The position numbers were made by a program, and so were the translations under genes. Shown piece after piece: positions 8,984-20,526 of a stretch of 64,000 bases of DNA. Every line of letters begins with the position of its first letter. The stretch's first letter is position 1. The stretch covers positions 585 through 64,584 of the forward strand of contig CAVQMY010000045.1 in the NCBI GenBank assembly GCA_963713705.1, given 5' to 3'. Under the pieces are notes generated by a model. The model was given only the letters and a program-made list of their open reading frames with translations. It ran no database searches and was not told the origin of the DNA. Origin of the DNA: an uncultured Verrucomicrobiae bacterium. Its GTDB lineage: Bacteria; Verrucomicrobiota; Verrucomicrobiia; Palsa-1439.

Positions 8984-9310
8984 TTGCTATGGTACGGACG
9001 TATGGCACCACCGATCGAGACGGGGCAACCGGGCGTCATTGTCATCGGGGAAACCGAAGTGAAGGACGAACTGTCTTCGCCATGGAACGTGATCGTCCAC
9101 AACGATCCGATCAACCTGATGAGCTACGTGACGATGGTGTTCATGCGCGTGTTCGGTTATCCGCGTCCGCGGGCGGAGACGTTGATGATGGAGGTGCATA
9201 ACAAGGGCCGCTCGCTGGTGTGGTCGGGCGAACGCGAGCGGGCCGAACATTACGTCCACCAACTCCACAGCTATCAACTGTTGGCCACCATGGAGAAATC
9301 CGCGGCATGA
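8984..9310 (+). CDS. clpS: ATP-dependent Clp protease adaptor ClpS
   Basis: …WNVIVHNDPINLMSYVTMVFMRVFGYPRPRAETLMMEVHNKGRSLVWSGERERAEHYVHQL…, the conserved ClpS core. Confidence 0.85.
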   Translation: MLWYGRMAPPIETGQPGVIVIGETEVKDELSSPWNVIVHNDPINLMSYVTMVFMRVFGYPRPRAETLMMEVHNKGRSLVWSGERERAEHYVHQLHSYQLLATMEKSAA

Positions 9311-9825
9311 TCGACCTGCGCGTCCAGCCGCTCGATGAAAAGCGGATCTTGATCAGCGGCATTCCTGCCGTTCTGGCGGCCATGCTGCGTGAGCTGCCCG
9401 AGATTCTCGAACTCCGTGATTCGCCCGATGCGCGGGCCCGGCTCTATCCCAATCCGACCACGGGAAACAACAAGATCAACCAGGAATGGCACCAAATGGC
9501 CGGGCCGGAACTGCGCCATCTGTTCGTTTCCGCCGGTGAAACCGTGACGCGGGACCTGACCGCGTTGACGACGGACAAGGAAAACGGCGATACCTGGCAG
9601 GTGGCGTTTCCCATCGAGCACGTAGCCGCATGGATCAACGCCCTCAACCAGGCGCGGTTGATCCTTGGGCAAGTCCACAAGATCAACGAAGCGGAAATGA
9701 ATCGAACGGATTTCGACCCACAAAGTGCAAAGCACATGGCGGCATTGCGGATTCACCTGCTCGGCTACCTTCTATACCTGTTCGTCGAACTGGACAACCC
9801 CCATGAGCCTGAAGACCATATTTGA
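9307..9825 (+). CDS. Hypothetical protein encoded downstream of clpS
   Basis: The ATG at 9307 overlaps the clpS stop (ATGA). 172 aa (MIDLRVQPLDEKRILISG…). No recognisable motif. Confidence 0.45.
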   Translation: MIDLRVQPLDEKRILISGIPAVLAAMLRELPEILELRDSPDARARLYPNPTTGNNKINQEWHQMAGPELRHLFVSAGETVTRDLTALTTDKENGDTWQVAFPIEHVAAWINALNQARLILGQVHKINEAEMNRTDFDPQSAKHMAALRIHLLGYLLYLFVELDNPHEPEDHI

Positions 9826-10024
9826 AGGCCAGGCGATCAAGTCCGAGATGGTTGTGCTGATCCTGGAGAAGTGGGGGCTTCATCCCGCCCTGGAAGAGAA
9901 AGCCGCCACGCCGAACCTCGACGACCTCGCCCGCGACACCCGCGTCGTCATCCCCGAAGGCGAATACGAGCAGGCCAAGGAAATCCTCTTCGGGGAAAGT
10001 GAAATTGAACGCGCCGGGTTTTGA
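9803..10024 (+). CDS. Small DUF2007-like protein
   Basis: 73 aa (MSLKTIFEGQAIKSEMVVLILEKWGLHP…VVIPEGEYEQAKEILFG). Its size and pattern resemble DUF2007 'putative signal-transducing' domains. Confidence 0.4.
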   Translation: MSLKTIFEGQAIKSEMVVLILEKWGLHPALEEKAATPNLDDLARDTRVVIPEGEYEQAKEILFGESEIERAGF

Positions 10025-10079
10025 ACGCGAACTGATTCTACCGAGGGATCCTGGTTCCTAGAGCAAGTGACAGCTTCTG

Positions 10080-10099
10080 ACACGACCCAAGGGTCGTGT
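10080..10099. terminator. Perfect hairpin ACACGACCC-AA-GGGTCGTGT between convergent genes (possible bidirectional terminator, no U-tract)
   Basis: 9-bp stem and 2-nt loop, lying between the 3' ends of the 9803..10024 gene (+) and the 10099..10762 gene (-). Confidence 0.25.
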
Positions 10100-10762
10100 T
10101 AACGCCTGCGGCGGCGGAGCAGAAGAAGTCCGGCAAGTCCTGCGACCGCCAACATTATCGTGCTCGGCTCGGGAACCTCCGAGACCTGCGTGTAGGTCTG
10201 GTCGATGTCCGAAATGTACGACGCACCGCCCGGTATAATCGCTTCCGTTTGCACGTCTTTGGAGATGTCCAGAAGCTCCTGGGGCGGGTTAATTGCCATA
10301 CTTGTTGACGAGTTCGAGAAGTTGCCTGGGGTGACGACATCAACGCCCATCGTCGAATAGTATGTGTCGTTGGTGAATACCTGCTCAACGACTGAGGCAA
10401 ACCCCGTGCCCACTATGTTTCCATCAAACGACAAATTGGCCTGTGAAATCAGATTCAATGAGTTCGTCACGAATACCTGATACATGAGGTACACGTCCAT
10501 CTCGTTGTCACCCAGATTATTAATCGGACCGATGAACGAAATGCCATAGTTGCCGGTTAGTTGGATTCCCTCCACGTAGAGATTAGCGGCGTTATAGCCG
10601 GTGACGGAGAAATCTGTGAAAGCCTTGTCGCCAACGATTATGGTCTCGCCACTATTTGTTAGTGTGGCCAAGCTTTGGCTTGGCACTATAACCGTCTGCG
10701 CCTGGGCGACAGGCCCGTAGGCGACGGTAAGAGCTACCGCCGCGCAAATGATGAAAAGACAT
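10099..10762 (-). CDS. PEP-CTERM-anchored secreted protein, N-terminal frameshift
   Basis: The C-terminus VPEPSTIMLAVAGLAGLLLLRRRRR is the PEP-CTERM sorting motif. An ATG at 10760-10762 gives MSFHH, but the signal peptide …FIICAAVALTVAYGPVAQA is in the +1 frame after the homopolymer CTTTTC. Confidence 0.65.
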
Positions 10763-11222
10763 CGCCCTGCAGAAAAAATGGGAAGCCTTTCGGTGGTGAG
10801 CCTGCCCTTGAAAAGTAGTTGACTCCATGATACACGCCCCTAGCGATTTTTACCGTTTATTTTACTCGCCATTCATCGACGCAGGCTTACGGGACCCAGC
10901 TCGATACTCCACATCGCCACTAGTTACAATTGGTATCAGACCACCCCGTTCTTTGCAAGTAAAATCCGGCCAGAATCATCATTTACGCATTAGCCGACCG
11001 GCCCCTTGTAAATCCTGGCTTTCAGGGTATGTATCTGCGGCTATTCTGGTCATTTTCAGCGCGGTTCTATCAAGCCTCCCCCATGGCCGCCGCCGCAGTG
11101 CGGTGACCATACGCGTTGCTGGGCAAGTGGGCACATGCAATGAGGGCACGGGATCCGACAAAAAACCAAAATGCGCCCGTTACATCAGCCGTATGAATTC
11201 TTACATTGTAGAGGGTGTCAGA

Positions 11223-14200
11223 CTATGGCGCCTGGGAGGTGTCGCCACCGCAGGATGCATAGGGACTGAGATCCACCGGCGTCAGACTATAGCCCCCGCC
11301 GAGCGTGGCCATCGCCGAGTTGATTTGACTTAGACAAGGGGTGATGAACCAGCCTGATCCAGCTCCACCATACGAATAAATCGTGAGAAGCACCAATTGA
11401 CCGTTGAGGATTATAAATCCCGGCTGGCCACTGTCTCCGGAAACCTTGGCCTGGTAAAACAGGCTGCGGGTAGGATCGGTAGGCGCCGCCAACGAAATAC
11501 CTGCCGTCACCGACGCGATGTCTGATTCCAAGGCGCTCTCGTACTGGTTGAGACACAGCGCCGGAATGGTGTTTGTCGGAATGGGGTTTAACAAGTTCGG
11601 GAAATAGTTCGTGTAACTGGATGGCAAAACCTTGGCGAAAGTGATCAAATTGGTCGGGACATCGGAATCCAACACCCCGATCTGAATATCCGTGAGATTG
11701 ATCTGCACTGAATTGGAAAGCACGCGACTGACAACTGTATTATCATTGGCAACGAACCACAGCACGGTGCCGTTGGGAGGGTAGAAGTGGTTGGCAAACA
11801 CCACGTGACGCGGACTGATCAGCGTGCCGCCCATCCGCGCGTCTGCCTCGTAGGAGTTGTAAACCGCAATGCAGGTGAGGTCGAGCCCGGATGCCCAACA
11901 GCTCGTATTCCTGACGTAGTTGGTTGTCGCGGGGTCCATACTCGCGTAGATCGACACATTCGTCGCCCACCAGTTCGGGCAGGTATTGGTAGTGAGTGCC
12001 GCGGCCGCCAAGTTGGTTTCAACCGCAACCGTAGCTGCGGAACGGGCTGAACCCGGTTCGTAAAAGAACGGAGCCGTTCCCGGGATCACGCCTCCCAGCG
12101 CGTTGGTGTTGGCGTCCGCATACTGCACGTAGACTTTATCGGTAGGTTGGTTGCAGTTCTCCGGCAGGGTGTAGGTCACCGGCCCATTGGTCGTAGAAAA
12201 GACGGTTGACGGCGACATTGTCGGATTCAGGCTCACTCGCAGAAATGGACACAGCGCCGGACCGCCATTCGTGTCAACCATGCCGATGGCGACCGTACCG
12301 GTTCCTGAGAATGGATAACAGACGGTGCCATTGAACACCATCAGAGCGGGATTCGGGCCGGGCTGCAACCCGCTACCCGGCGGAACGAGCGGCCCATCGG
12401 AAATGCCATCCCCAAAGGAATCGGGGTTCAGAGGGTCCGTACCAAGGAGAAACTCCTCGAGGTTGTTCAATCCATCTCCATCGGGATCGTCCGTAGCGCG
12501 AGAGTAGTCCGACGCCAACCCTGTGGGATGCCCGAAGTAGCGTTCCCTCCACCAGTCGGGGATGCCGTCGCCATCGCTCTGCTCTGCCGACGGACTGACT
12601 GACTGGACGACGACCTGGTAGGACGTCGACTCGCTGCCGTCATCGGTTACCGCGCCGATGTCCTTGACCCATTGGATGCCGCCGTTGCCGGGGATGTTGG
12701 CCACGACGTTCTGTCCATACACCGCTAACGGGGTCAAAACGTTCCAACGCGTAATACACCCCACTGACAGACGTGAAATACACATCGATGTCGTCACCTA
12801 CCGTGACGGTGTCCGTAATGCGCTGCACGCTGTCGCTATCGGTCGGGTCGATCCCGTCGAGATACGCCTGGAGATTGTCGATACCGACGAGAACGGCGTC
12901 GGCTGTCGGGGCGGTTTGCGGGCAGGTAACGCAGCCGAAATGTTGAAGCTTCCAGCCGTCCGGCAGCCCGTCGCCAGTGCTGTCGAAAATGCCCACGGCA
13001 CTGATCACATGAACGTAATTTGTGGCCATGTTCGATGGCGCGGCGTTGTCACCGGCGAGCACGGTCAGCGTGTTGGTTCCGGGGACCAACCCCGTGACCA
13101 CGGCTCCCCAGGTGCTGTAGCCATTGGCGCCCGTGGCCGCAACGCCCTGAACTTCGACCCCCATAACGCCGATAGCACTGGCAGCCGTACCCGCAACCGT
13201 AACGGTCGAATTGGTGATCTCAGATTCGTCCGCAGGTGACGTGATGGCCAACATGGGCGCCGTGGTGCCTTCAACCAAAGAGCTGCTTACAGCCGCGCGA
13301 TAGACCCGGCTGGTCGCATTGGTAGCGGCACCTGTTTCGAGGTAGTTCGTGACAACATCCCCCTCATTGGGGGTTACGATGATCGGGCTGATGTTAAAAT
13401 AAACGCCCAGGAGGCTGCTGGCTGCCTGAAGCACATTCGTTCGACCCCCACCGGCCTGCCAACTGATCAGGACATCGCCTCCCTGCATCGTCAGACCAAG
13501 TATCCGCATTGCCGAAGCCGCGTTGGTCGGATCGGTGCCGGCCTCAAACTGCTGCAGGTTGGAGAATCCGGCACCGTCGGAGTCGGTGTTTGCGACGGTG
13601 GGGTTGAACGGGTCGAAGCCGTACCGCTGTTTCCACCCGTTCGGGATGCCGTCACCGACCGCGCTCAGGTTCGGGTCGAGCACGAGGCTGCCGACAATGA
13701 GCGTACCGCCGTTATGGATGAACAGACCGCAGGCATTCGTCATCACCAGTTTGTCGACTTGCAGCACGCCGCCGTTGAGGACCAACTGACCACTGCGCAC
13801 CTCCAGCACGGCGCCGCCGGTTGCGTTGGTGACAAACATGATGCCGCTGTCCAACTCAACGACGTTGTCGCAAGTGGCCCCGTTAAACCCCACGGAAAGA
13901 CCCGACGCCAAAACCGACCCGCCACCCACCACCAGCGAGTTGCCGGAGGCCTGGTCACCAACAGAAAGCGTATCGCTCTGCCAAACGCCGCTCTCGACCA
14001 CAAGCACGGTGTTGTTGCTGCTGACCGCGCAGCCCAGTTGGCTGAACCCGCTCGAGAGCAACCCGCCGTTCTGAATCAGCAACACGTCTGCAAAAGTATT
14101 CGAGCCAATGAGGTAGTTGCCCTCCCAGTTGCTGACGATGCCACTGATGACGTTGGTCTGGAAGTTGCCCGTGTATTGGGCGCTAACCACAGTGCAAAGG

Positions 14201-14379
14201 AGAAGGGATAATACAAGTCCAACCAGCGTGCGCCGGTGGAGACAAGCCCGACGGGTGGACGGAGGCAGGCGGCGAGCCCGCCAAGAACGCGCGACAATCA
14301 AGCGCTCATCCGAAACGGCCAATTCCAAACGAGAGAAATCATATAATGCTTGAGCTATTGCTACGTGCTCGCAATTCAC
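11223..14379 (-). CDS. Large secreted repeat protein (~1050 aa) with a C-terminal degenerate trypsin-like (S1) peptidase domain; frameshift near 12720
   Basis: Signal-peptide-like N-terminus (…TLVGLVLSLLLCTVVSAQ). Repeated GDGIPDxWK…YGFDPFNP motifs. The C-terminal domain has GGTLISPRHVVFANHF…GDSGQPGF (GDSGGP-like). Two ORFs (12640..14379 and 11223..12797) overlap in different frames and join at the homopolymers TTTTGACCCC. Confidence 0.6.
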
Positions 14380-14451
14380 ATTGCGCCCCCATCTAGAAAA
14401 CCTCTCGGACCAAACTGATCGAGCGACCCCGCAGAGGGAAACCGCGCTTGA

Positions 14452-15369
14452 TTACTTCTTGCGCCGCCTCAACGCCAGCAAGCCTACCAAGCCCATACCG
14501 ACCAGCGCAAAGGTGCCGGGTTCGGGAATTAGGGCGAGTGCTACGGTCAATCCATCCGTTCCCATCTGTGTCGGGCCGACTTCGGTCACGTTTCCGTTGT
14601 CAACGTCAACAGTGGCCAGATAGTTTGGACCGCTTCCGCCCGAACCTGCGTTCACCGACGCCCACAGAATGCCTGTGTTGTCATCATATTTCATCGCGTT
14701 AATGGCGTCGCCCGAGGTGTTGCCCAACCCGAAATAATTCAAGTTTTCAACCTGGGTACCGGCCCCGGTCGTCTGGCTGATAGTCCACAAAGCAAGATCA
14801 TCCGCCTTGTACAGGGTATCGAACGGAGAAAAGGCCAATCCGTCGCCCTGGGGGAAGTCGTCACCCACACTCCCGAGTTCAGTCGCTACGCCGGTTGTTA
14901 TATTGAAGGTGTAGATATTGCTTTGGTCGTATCCAAACAAGGTGCCATCGCTACGGAACGCAATGTCCTGAAAAGGCTGGGACGACAACAACCCGGTTGG
15001 GCCAACTGCGGTTCCATGCCCCGTCGACGGATTGATCGTTATCAGATCCTGTTGGCCCCCGGAGGTTGTGCCAATTCCATAGAGAAAGCCGTTCGCAGGG
15101 TCAAAATCAATCGCGCCAACCTGATCGAAACCAATCGACCCGATCGCCGTGGCCGCGCCCGTGTTCGGATTAATGCTGTAAAAAGTGGCAGGAGCACCCG
15201 AACCATGGTAGGCCGACCCATAAATGGTGGGGGATTGCGCCCGCACTTGGCTGAACGTAACCGTGGCGCAGATTGCCGCCAGTGTGCCCAGCTTTATCCA
15301 AGAACTCGTGTTTCTCGCCACCCTCACGCTCGTCGTACTCGCCCAATTTCTCATATTCTCCCTCGCCAT
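14452..15369 (-). CDS. PEP-CTERM-anchored beta-propeller-like secreted protein
   Basis: Signal peptide, Gly/Thr-rich repeats, and the C-terminus IPEPGTFALVGMGLVGLLALRRRKK. Confidence 0.75.
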   Translation of the reverse strand: MARENMRNWASTTSVRVARNTSSWIKLGTLAAICATVTFSQVRAQSPTIYGSAYHGSGAPATFYSINPNTGAATAIGSIGFDQVGAIDFDPANGFLYGIGTTSGGQQDLITINPSTGHGTAVGPTGLLSSQPFQDIAFRSDGTLFGYDQSNIYTFNITTGVATELGSVGDDFPQGDGLAFSPFDTLYKADDLALWTISQTTGAGTQVENLNYFGLGNTSGDAINAMKYDDNTGILWASVNAGSGGSGPNYLATVDVDNGNVTEVGPTQMGTDGLTVALALIPEPGTFALVGMGLVGLLALRRRKK

Positions 15370-15734
15370 CTTGCGAACCTGTTAACCATTCCATCCCCAA
15401 TCCAGTTCACCTCGCCGTGGAATAACCTGCTAGCGCAGTGTTTACTGGCTCTCCAAGCACGCGCACTCTCACAGACCTCTCGGCTGAAAGCAAGCAAAAA
15501 ACGAAACAACCCAAAGAAAGTTTCGTCAGCGTCGAAATACGCTGGAATCACTGCCAATCGCGTGCCAGAGGCAAGGCCAACGTTACGCTCGGCACTTCAA
15601 TAGAGATGCAAGCGGTAATAGCCTGCTGGCTGTCACAACAGTGATCTCGCGCGCGGTGTGCAATAACGAAAAACAGGCGACAAACGTACTCGTTTGCCAC
15701 CCGAAGCAATGTGCGGAACTCTCGGTCCCAGACG

Positions 15735-16673
15735 CTAGCACCGTGTGCGCCGGCGCGACCAAAGCCCCAAGCCGAAGAGGCAGGAGATGCCAACGAGAGC
15801 GAAGCTGGAAGGCTCCGGCAACAAAAAAACATCCGCCGTTATTGTCCCTGAATTAATCGTCAGGTTGTTTCCGCCCGCGAAAACGCCCCCGTCAATCGTG
15901 CCCGAGCCAATAATATCCATGCTCCCATCTGGCGCGATAAACGTACCGAAGAGTGTTCCGGCCCCCACCACGCTCAAGACGTTGGAAGACAGGAGGCCGG
16001 ACGTGTTCAGCAAGTTAAACAGGACATGGTCCGTTTGCACGCCGCTCAATGCGATCGTGGCGGCGTTCGTAAAGGCGACGAAGTTTGCCACATTGATAAT
16101 GAAAAAGTCATCCGCAGTGCCCTGTAGCGTCAAAATGCGGCTGTTCCCGTTCATGCTAATCGACCCCACGCTAATGACGTTAATGAAGTTAGTGTCGCTG
16201 TTACCGCTGTTACCTGAAATGGTGGTCTTAGTAGTAATGGCGCCGTAGGATGCGGTTACGGGCAGGGCCGCGTCAGTGGCAGAAACGTTGGCCACGGTCG
16301 TGGACACGGTGCCCATGTTTTGAACCGCCGTGCCACCGAATTTCGCGCTGTATGAGTTGTTGTAGGTCGCAGTGGGGTCGACCCGGTAGGTTCCATTGAT
16401 GTTGAACTCGGTACTGAAATTCTGGATCCCACTGGAGCCAAGCCCAACGTCCCCAGTAATCGTCGTAACCGGAGTGCCACCAACCGTCAGAGTAACCCCG
16501 CTACCGGCATAAACCGCAAAATTCGTGACCGAATCCAGACCAAACTGACCGTAGCTTTTCAATGGCAAGGCGAGCATCGAGATGAATGCACACAGGCCAA
16601 GCGTGCGTAAGATCGAAGTGAAAACCCGCGACCTCCAAATTCCCCGCTGTTTGTTTCTCGCCATCTTAACCAC
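15735..16673 (-). CDS. PEP-CTERM-anchored secreted protein
   Basis: Signal peptide and the C-terminus LLPEPSSFALVGISCLFGLGLWSRRRTRC. Confidence 0.75.
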   Translation of the reverse strand: MVKMARNKQRGIWRSRVFTSILRTLGLCAFISMLALPLKSYGQFGLDSVTNFAVYAGSGVTLTVGGTPVTTITGDVGLGSSGIQNFSTEFNINGTYRVDPTATYNNSYSAKFGGTAVQNMGTVSTTVANVSATDAALPVTASYGAITTKTTISGNSGNSDTNFINVISVGSISMNGNSRILTLQGTADDFFIINVANFVAFTNAATIALSGVQTDHVLFNLLNTSGLLSSNVLSVVGAGTLFGTFIAPDGSMDIIGSGTIDGGVFAGGNNLTINSGTITADVFLLPEPSSFALVGISCLFGLGLWSRRRTRC

Positions 16674-17157
16674 CTTCCATGAGCCCGCCCCGACTCATTT
16701 TTCCCATGCCAGCGTATTCGCCATCACTGGATAAAACGAATCCTAAAGCAGCGTCCGGTTCCATTGCAAGCTTTTTTTCATGTCGCTCGCACTTTTTTTA
16801 GTGCTGCGTCAAATCCCAGGCGGGTGAGCGCTCGTGAAGCCGCCTGCTGGTTCACGCTGCGCTCCACCCTGCCCGCCATGCCGTTGACCCTTTCACTGTC
16901 GCTCCGTTCCGCAAGTAGCTGCACCAGAACAGCCCGTGAGTCATACGCTTTCGATTTTCCCAACGTATCCGTGCTTTTGGGGGATGCGGTCGCCCGTACA
17001 AGCCGTCCGCAGGCGAACAGCCTTCCCTAGCTTGGAACATTTGAGAGCGCACCGGCCTGCGGTCCGTGCAATAGCCTGCTTGTCAATAGGATGCATCTGT
17101 CAACGACCACAAGTTAACGGCATTGACCTTATCTGCAAGAACAAAGTCAATTGAGGA

Positions 17158-18066
17158 TCAGGCCATCTCGAAGTGGCTCATCAGCTTGAATCGGTCGTAC
17201 CGCTCTTTGATTTCCGGCTGGGTGAGCGACTGGAGTCGGGTGAGACTGAAATCTTCCACGCAATACGAGGCAATCACGCTGCCGTAAACGACGGCGTTAC
17301 GCAGCGAGTTGTGGTCGACGCGGTCCATCCGCGCGAGATACCCCGTAAACGCGCCGGCAAAACAGTCGCCCGCGCCGGTGGGATCGCGGATATCCTCGAG
17401 CGGATAGGCGGGTGCGCTGAAGAACAGGTCGTTCGCGAGCAACAGGCAACCGTGTTCGCCCTTCTTGATGACCACGAATTGGGGGCCCTGTTTCAGAATG
17501 AGCCGGCCCGCCTTGATGAGGTTGGTCTGTTTCGTAAACTCGCGGGCCTCGCTTTCATTGAGCACGAGGCAATCGATCTTGTGCAATAACTCGACGAGCG
17601 CGTCGCGTTGCGTTTCGATCCACAGGTCCATCGTATCGGCCACGACGAACTTCGGCCCGGCGACCTGCGCCAACACATGCATCTGGAGTTGCGGCGAGAT
17701 GTTGGCGAGGAACACGTAGGGCGTGCCCTTGTACGCGTCGGGCAGTTTCGGCTGGAAGGTTTCAAAAACATTCAGGCAGACCGACAACGTCCGCCGCTTG
17801 TTGAGGTCCCATTCGTATTCGCCACTCCAACGAAATGTCCGGCCTTCCGCCACCTGCAAGCCGTCGAGATTGATGCCGTGCTGGCGGTACAACTCGATGT
17901 ACTTCTGGGGAAAGTCGGTGCCGACGATGGCGACCATATTGACCGGCACAAAAAAGCTCGCCGCCACCGAGGCGTAGCTTGCCGAACCACCCAGCAAATC
18001 GTGGTGTTCCGCGACCGGCGTCTTCACGCTGTCCAGCGCCACGGAACCTGTGATGAGAATGCTCAT
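17158..18066 (-). CDS. PfkB/ribokinase-family carbohydrate kinase
   Basis: 302 aa with the C-terminal DPTGAGDCFAGAF motif and an N-terminal GxGxxG-type sugar-binding region. Confidence 0.8.
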   Translation of the reverse strand: MSILITGSVALDSVKTPVAEHHDLLGGSASYASVAASFFVPVNMVAIVGTDFPQKYIELYRQHGINLDGLQVAEGRTFRWSGEYEWDLNKRRTLSVCLNVFETFQPKLPDAYKGTPYVFLANISPQLQMHVLAQVAGPKFVVADTMDLWIETQRDALVELLHKIDCLVLNESEAREFTKQTNLIKAGRLILKQGPQFVVIKKGEHGCLLLANDLFFSAPAYPLEDIRDPTGAGDCFAGAFTGYLARMDRVDHNSLRNAVVYGSVIASYCVEDFSLTRLQSLTQPEIKERYDRFKLMSHFEMA

Positions 18067-18219
18067 GTGCGTTCAATCCCTCGTCGGGGCGATTTGTAAT
18101 CGCGATTGACCGCGAATGCAATCGGCATCTCCGGCCACCGACTGCATTGACAAGGGGCACGGAGGAGCATAATTTTAAAAGCATTGTAATTCTTCGTCAA
18201 GCGATGGCAAGGACTTGAA

Positions 18220-19767
18220 GTGAGAAGCTCTTTGAGAAGGACCCTGCTACAAAGCGCGACACTTGCAGTTGGACTGGCGCTTCTGATCTTCATCGGCTGC
18301 GAAGTCGCTGCCTTCCTGAATCACTACGGAGAATGCCCCATACGTCTTGTCACAGGCTTTGAAGGTTCACCCACTGCGAAGGTGAAGAGGATTTCCAATA
18401 CCCACTGGCTGATCGATCTGAACGATAAAACGTGGAAGAGGCCGCATTTTTTCCTGTTTCGGATCGAAGGTGCAACCGGACAGAGTATGACCTTCGAAAT
18501 CCCCAGGGCTCCAATTAAATGGGCGACGCTCAATCCGGTCTATTCTTACGCGCCCAACCTTGATGACCTGAGCACATTTTCGGTTGTGCCTGTCGCTTCA
18601 GAGAAACGCCGCCAAGCTCCCAACGGTGCGGAATTGCCAGATACCAGCGGACAAGGGTGGCAGTTCATCCACGACACCGAGTGGCAGTCGCAGACCGAAA
18701 GCAAATGGCAGTTGCTGATTCAAGGCAAGTGGCGATCTTTGATGAAAGGCACGACAGAAATCCGCCAGAGGTTTTTGTTCCGACAGAAGTTTACCGGAGA
18801 TGCCTACGTTTGCATGCGTTACCCATACACGCCGAGTTACAATCAGCGATACTTGGACAGCTTGGTCGGCCGACCCGCTGTCCAAGTCATCACGGTCGGC
18901 ACTTCCACGGAGGGCCGCCCCCTGCAGGTGGTCAAGATCAGCGAGGGCGGGGAGTCGGAGGAGAAGCTTAAACCATGCGTCTTGATTTATGCTCGAGAGC
19001 ACGCTGACGAACAGGATTCCAGTTGGGTCGCCCAAGGCGCGATCGAATACCTACTCTCGGACGCATTCAAACCGTCGGAACTTCGGAAACGGTTCACGTT
19101 TCTGGTGATTCCCGTACTCGACCCCGACGGGGCCGCGATGGGCGTGTACGAGCACATAACGGACAGCTTTCTTCCTAGGCACGAGACACCCGAATCGTTG
19201 GCCTACTGCGCGTTCTTCAAGCGATGGGCGGACGGAGGCAATCCGCTGCAATTGGTGCTGGATCTCCACAACGTGGAAAGCCAGGAAGGAGAGCATGTGG
19301 AGCTCATCATGTTCAAGTCTGATCAAGAACATGCAAACTACAGGCGGGACTTTTTCGATCAGTTTCTGCAGCTACTGGCAGTCGAGAAAGGATTTACCAC
19401 AACCATGATTAGGTCTGGGGTGCTGATACCATTACGCTTGGAGAGCTGGCTTCATGAGTATTACGGGAGTCTCGATGTGCTGCTTGAACTGGACGCGCAA
19501 GCACCGAGCCGGCATCTAACCATAGCGGACTTGCACGTGATCGGTCAGTCGTTAGTGTTGGCGTCGGCTGACTACCTGTTTTCACAGGAGGCCGCTCCAT
19601 TAATGGCAAGCGTGGACGCTACCCAACGCGTCCGTTCGGAGCGCTGGCGGAAATACGGACCAAAACTGGAACCGTGCGGGCCTTTGGAAGCTGAGTCGAG
19701 ATGCAAGATGTGGGCCGAACTGGACGCCGACATCGCGCAGTGGAAGGCGTTACAGAAAGGGCGTTGA
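18220..19767 (+). CDS. Secreted M14-like (zinc carboxypeptidase-fold) family protein, putative
   Basis: 515 aa with a signal/TM N-terminus. …LIYAREHADEQDSSW… resembles the HxxE Zn-binding motif of M14 peptidases. The assignment is tentative. Confidence 0.4.
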   Translation: MRSSLRRTLLQSATLAVGLALLIFIGCEVAAFLNHYGECPIRLVTGFEGSPTAKVKRISNTHWLIDLNDKTWKRPHFFLFRIEGATGQSMTFEIPRAPIKWATLNPVYSYAPNLDDLSTFSVVPVASEKRRQAPNGAELPDTSGQGWQFIHDTEWQSQTESKWQLLIQGKWRSLMKGTTEIRQRFLFRQKFTGDAYVCMRYPYTPSYNQRYLDSLVGRPAVQVITVGTSTEGRPLQVVKISEGGESEEKLKPCVLIYAREHADEQDSSWVAQGAIEYLLSDAFKPSELRKRFTFLVIPVLDPDGAAMGVYEHITDSFLPRHETPESLAYCAFFKRWADGGNPLQLVLDLHNVESQEGEHVELIMFKSDQEHANYRRDFFDQFLQLLAVEKGFTTTMIRSGVLIPLRLESWLHEYYGSLDVLLELDAQAPSRHLTIADLHVIGQSLVLASADYLFSQEAAPLMASVDATQRVRSERWRKYGPKLEPCGPLEAESRCKMWAELDADIAQWKALQKGR

Positions 19768-19804
19768 TCTGACCCTAAAGCGCGCGTTGCTTCTGCTTAA
19801 CTTT

Positions 19805-20419
19805 CTACTGTTGCTCCAGCTTCTTAATCGCCTTCAGTGCCATTTTGGCAACTTCTGGACGATCATCCAACAGAGGTTTTAAGTACGGGATCATGTCTTT
19901 ACTGCCTATTCCCCCAAGGGTATCCGCAGCCCACATCCGCACCAGCCAGACGGGATCTGATAGAAGGCTGACGACGTGAGGTAGCAAGATGGCCCTGGCC
20001 GGATCCGAAGACAGTATGCCCCCTGCGGCTATCACAGCCTTCCAACGCGCGTAATAATGGGGGCTTTGCATGTGAGTGACCAGAAATGTAACGTCGTTTG
20101 GGCTTAGATAGGCGTCCGCGTTTTCACCTTGCTCCTGTCGCGCTTCGAGGGCCGCGAGGTTTCTCGCCAGCTCATCATCAAAGGTCTCGCGCTCGCGCGT
20201 CGTCTTCCACAGCGCATCGTCCTTCTCATCGGCTTCCGGGATGGTTCCGGGGAGAGCACCGGGCGTATTCTGTTGCGTGACAGGACTTACATTCGTCTGT
20301 TCGGTACCTGCGGCTGCCACCCGCACTGCTGATGGAACAAGCCGCTGGCGATTCATCCACAGTCCCGCAGACACGAGAATCAGCAAAAGCACGCCTGCCG
20401 ATAAAGCGCACCTCTTCAT
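19805..20419 (-). CDS. HEAT-repeat protein with N-terminal signal/TM
   Basis: 204 aa. The C-terminal repeats (…LLSDPVWLVRMWAADTLGGIGSKDMIPYLKPLLDD…) are HEAT/PBS-lyase-like. Confidence 0.55.
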   Translation of the reverse strand: MKRCALSAGVLLLILVSAGLWMNRQRLVPSAVRVAAAGTEQTNVSPVTQQNTPGALPGTIPEADEKDDALWKTTRERETFDDELARNLAALEARQEQGENADAYLSPNDVTFLVTHMQSPHYYARWKAVIAAGGILSSDPARAILLPHVVSLLSDPVWLVRMWAADTLGGIGSKDMIPYLKPLLDDRPEVAKMALKAIKKLEQQ

Positions 20420-20526
20420 CTACCCCTGCCTCTCGGTGCACAATCTCGGTCGCTCGGTAGCCATAGCCTCAACCCACCCAACGGACTCCACAACATGCCC
20501 ACCCTTGACGCAGCCCTAACAGCAAA

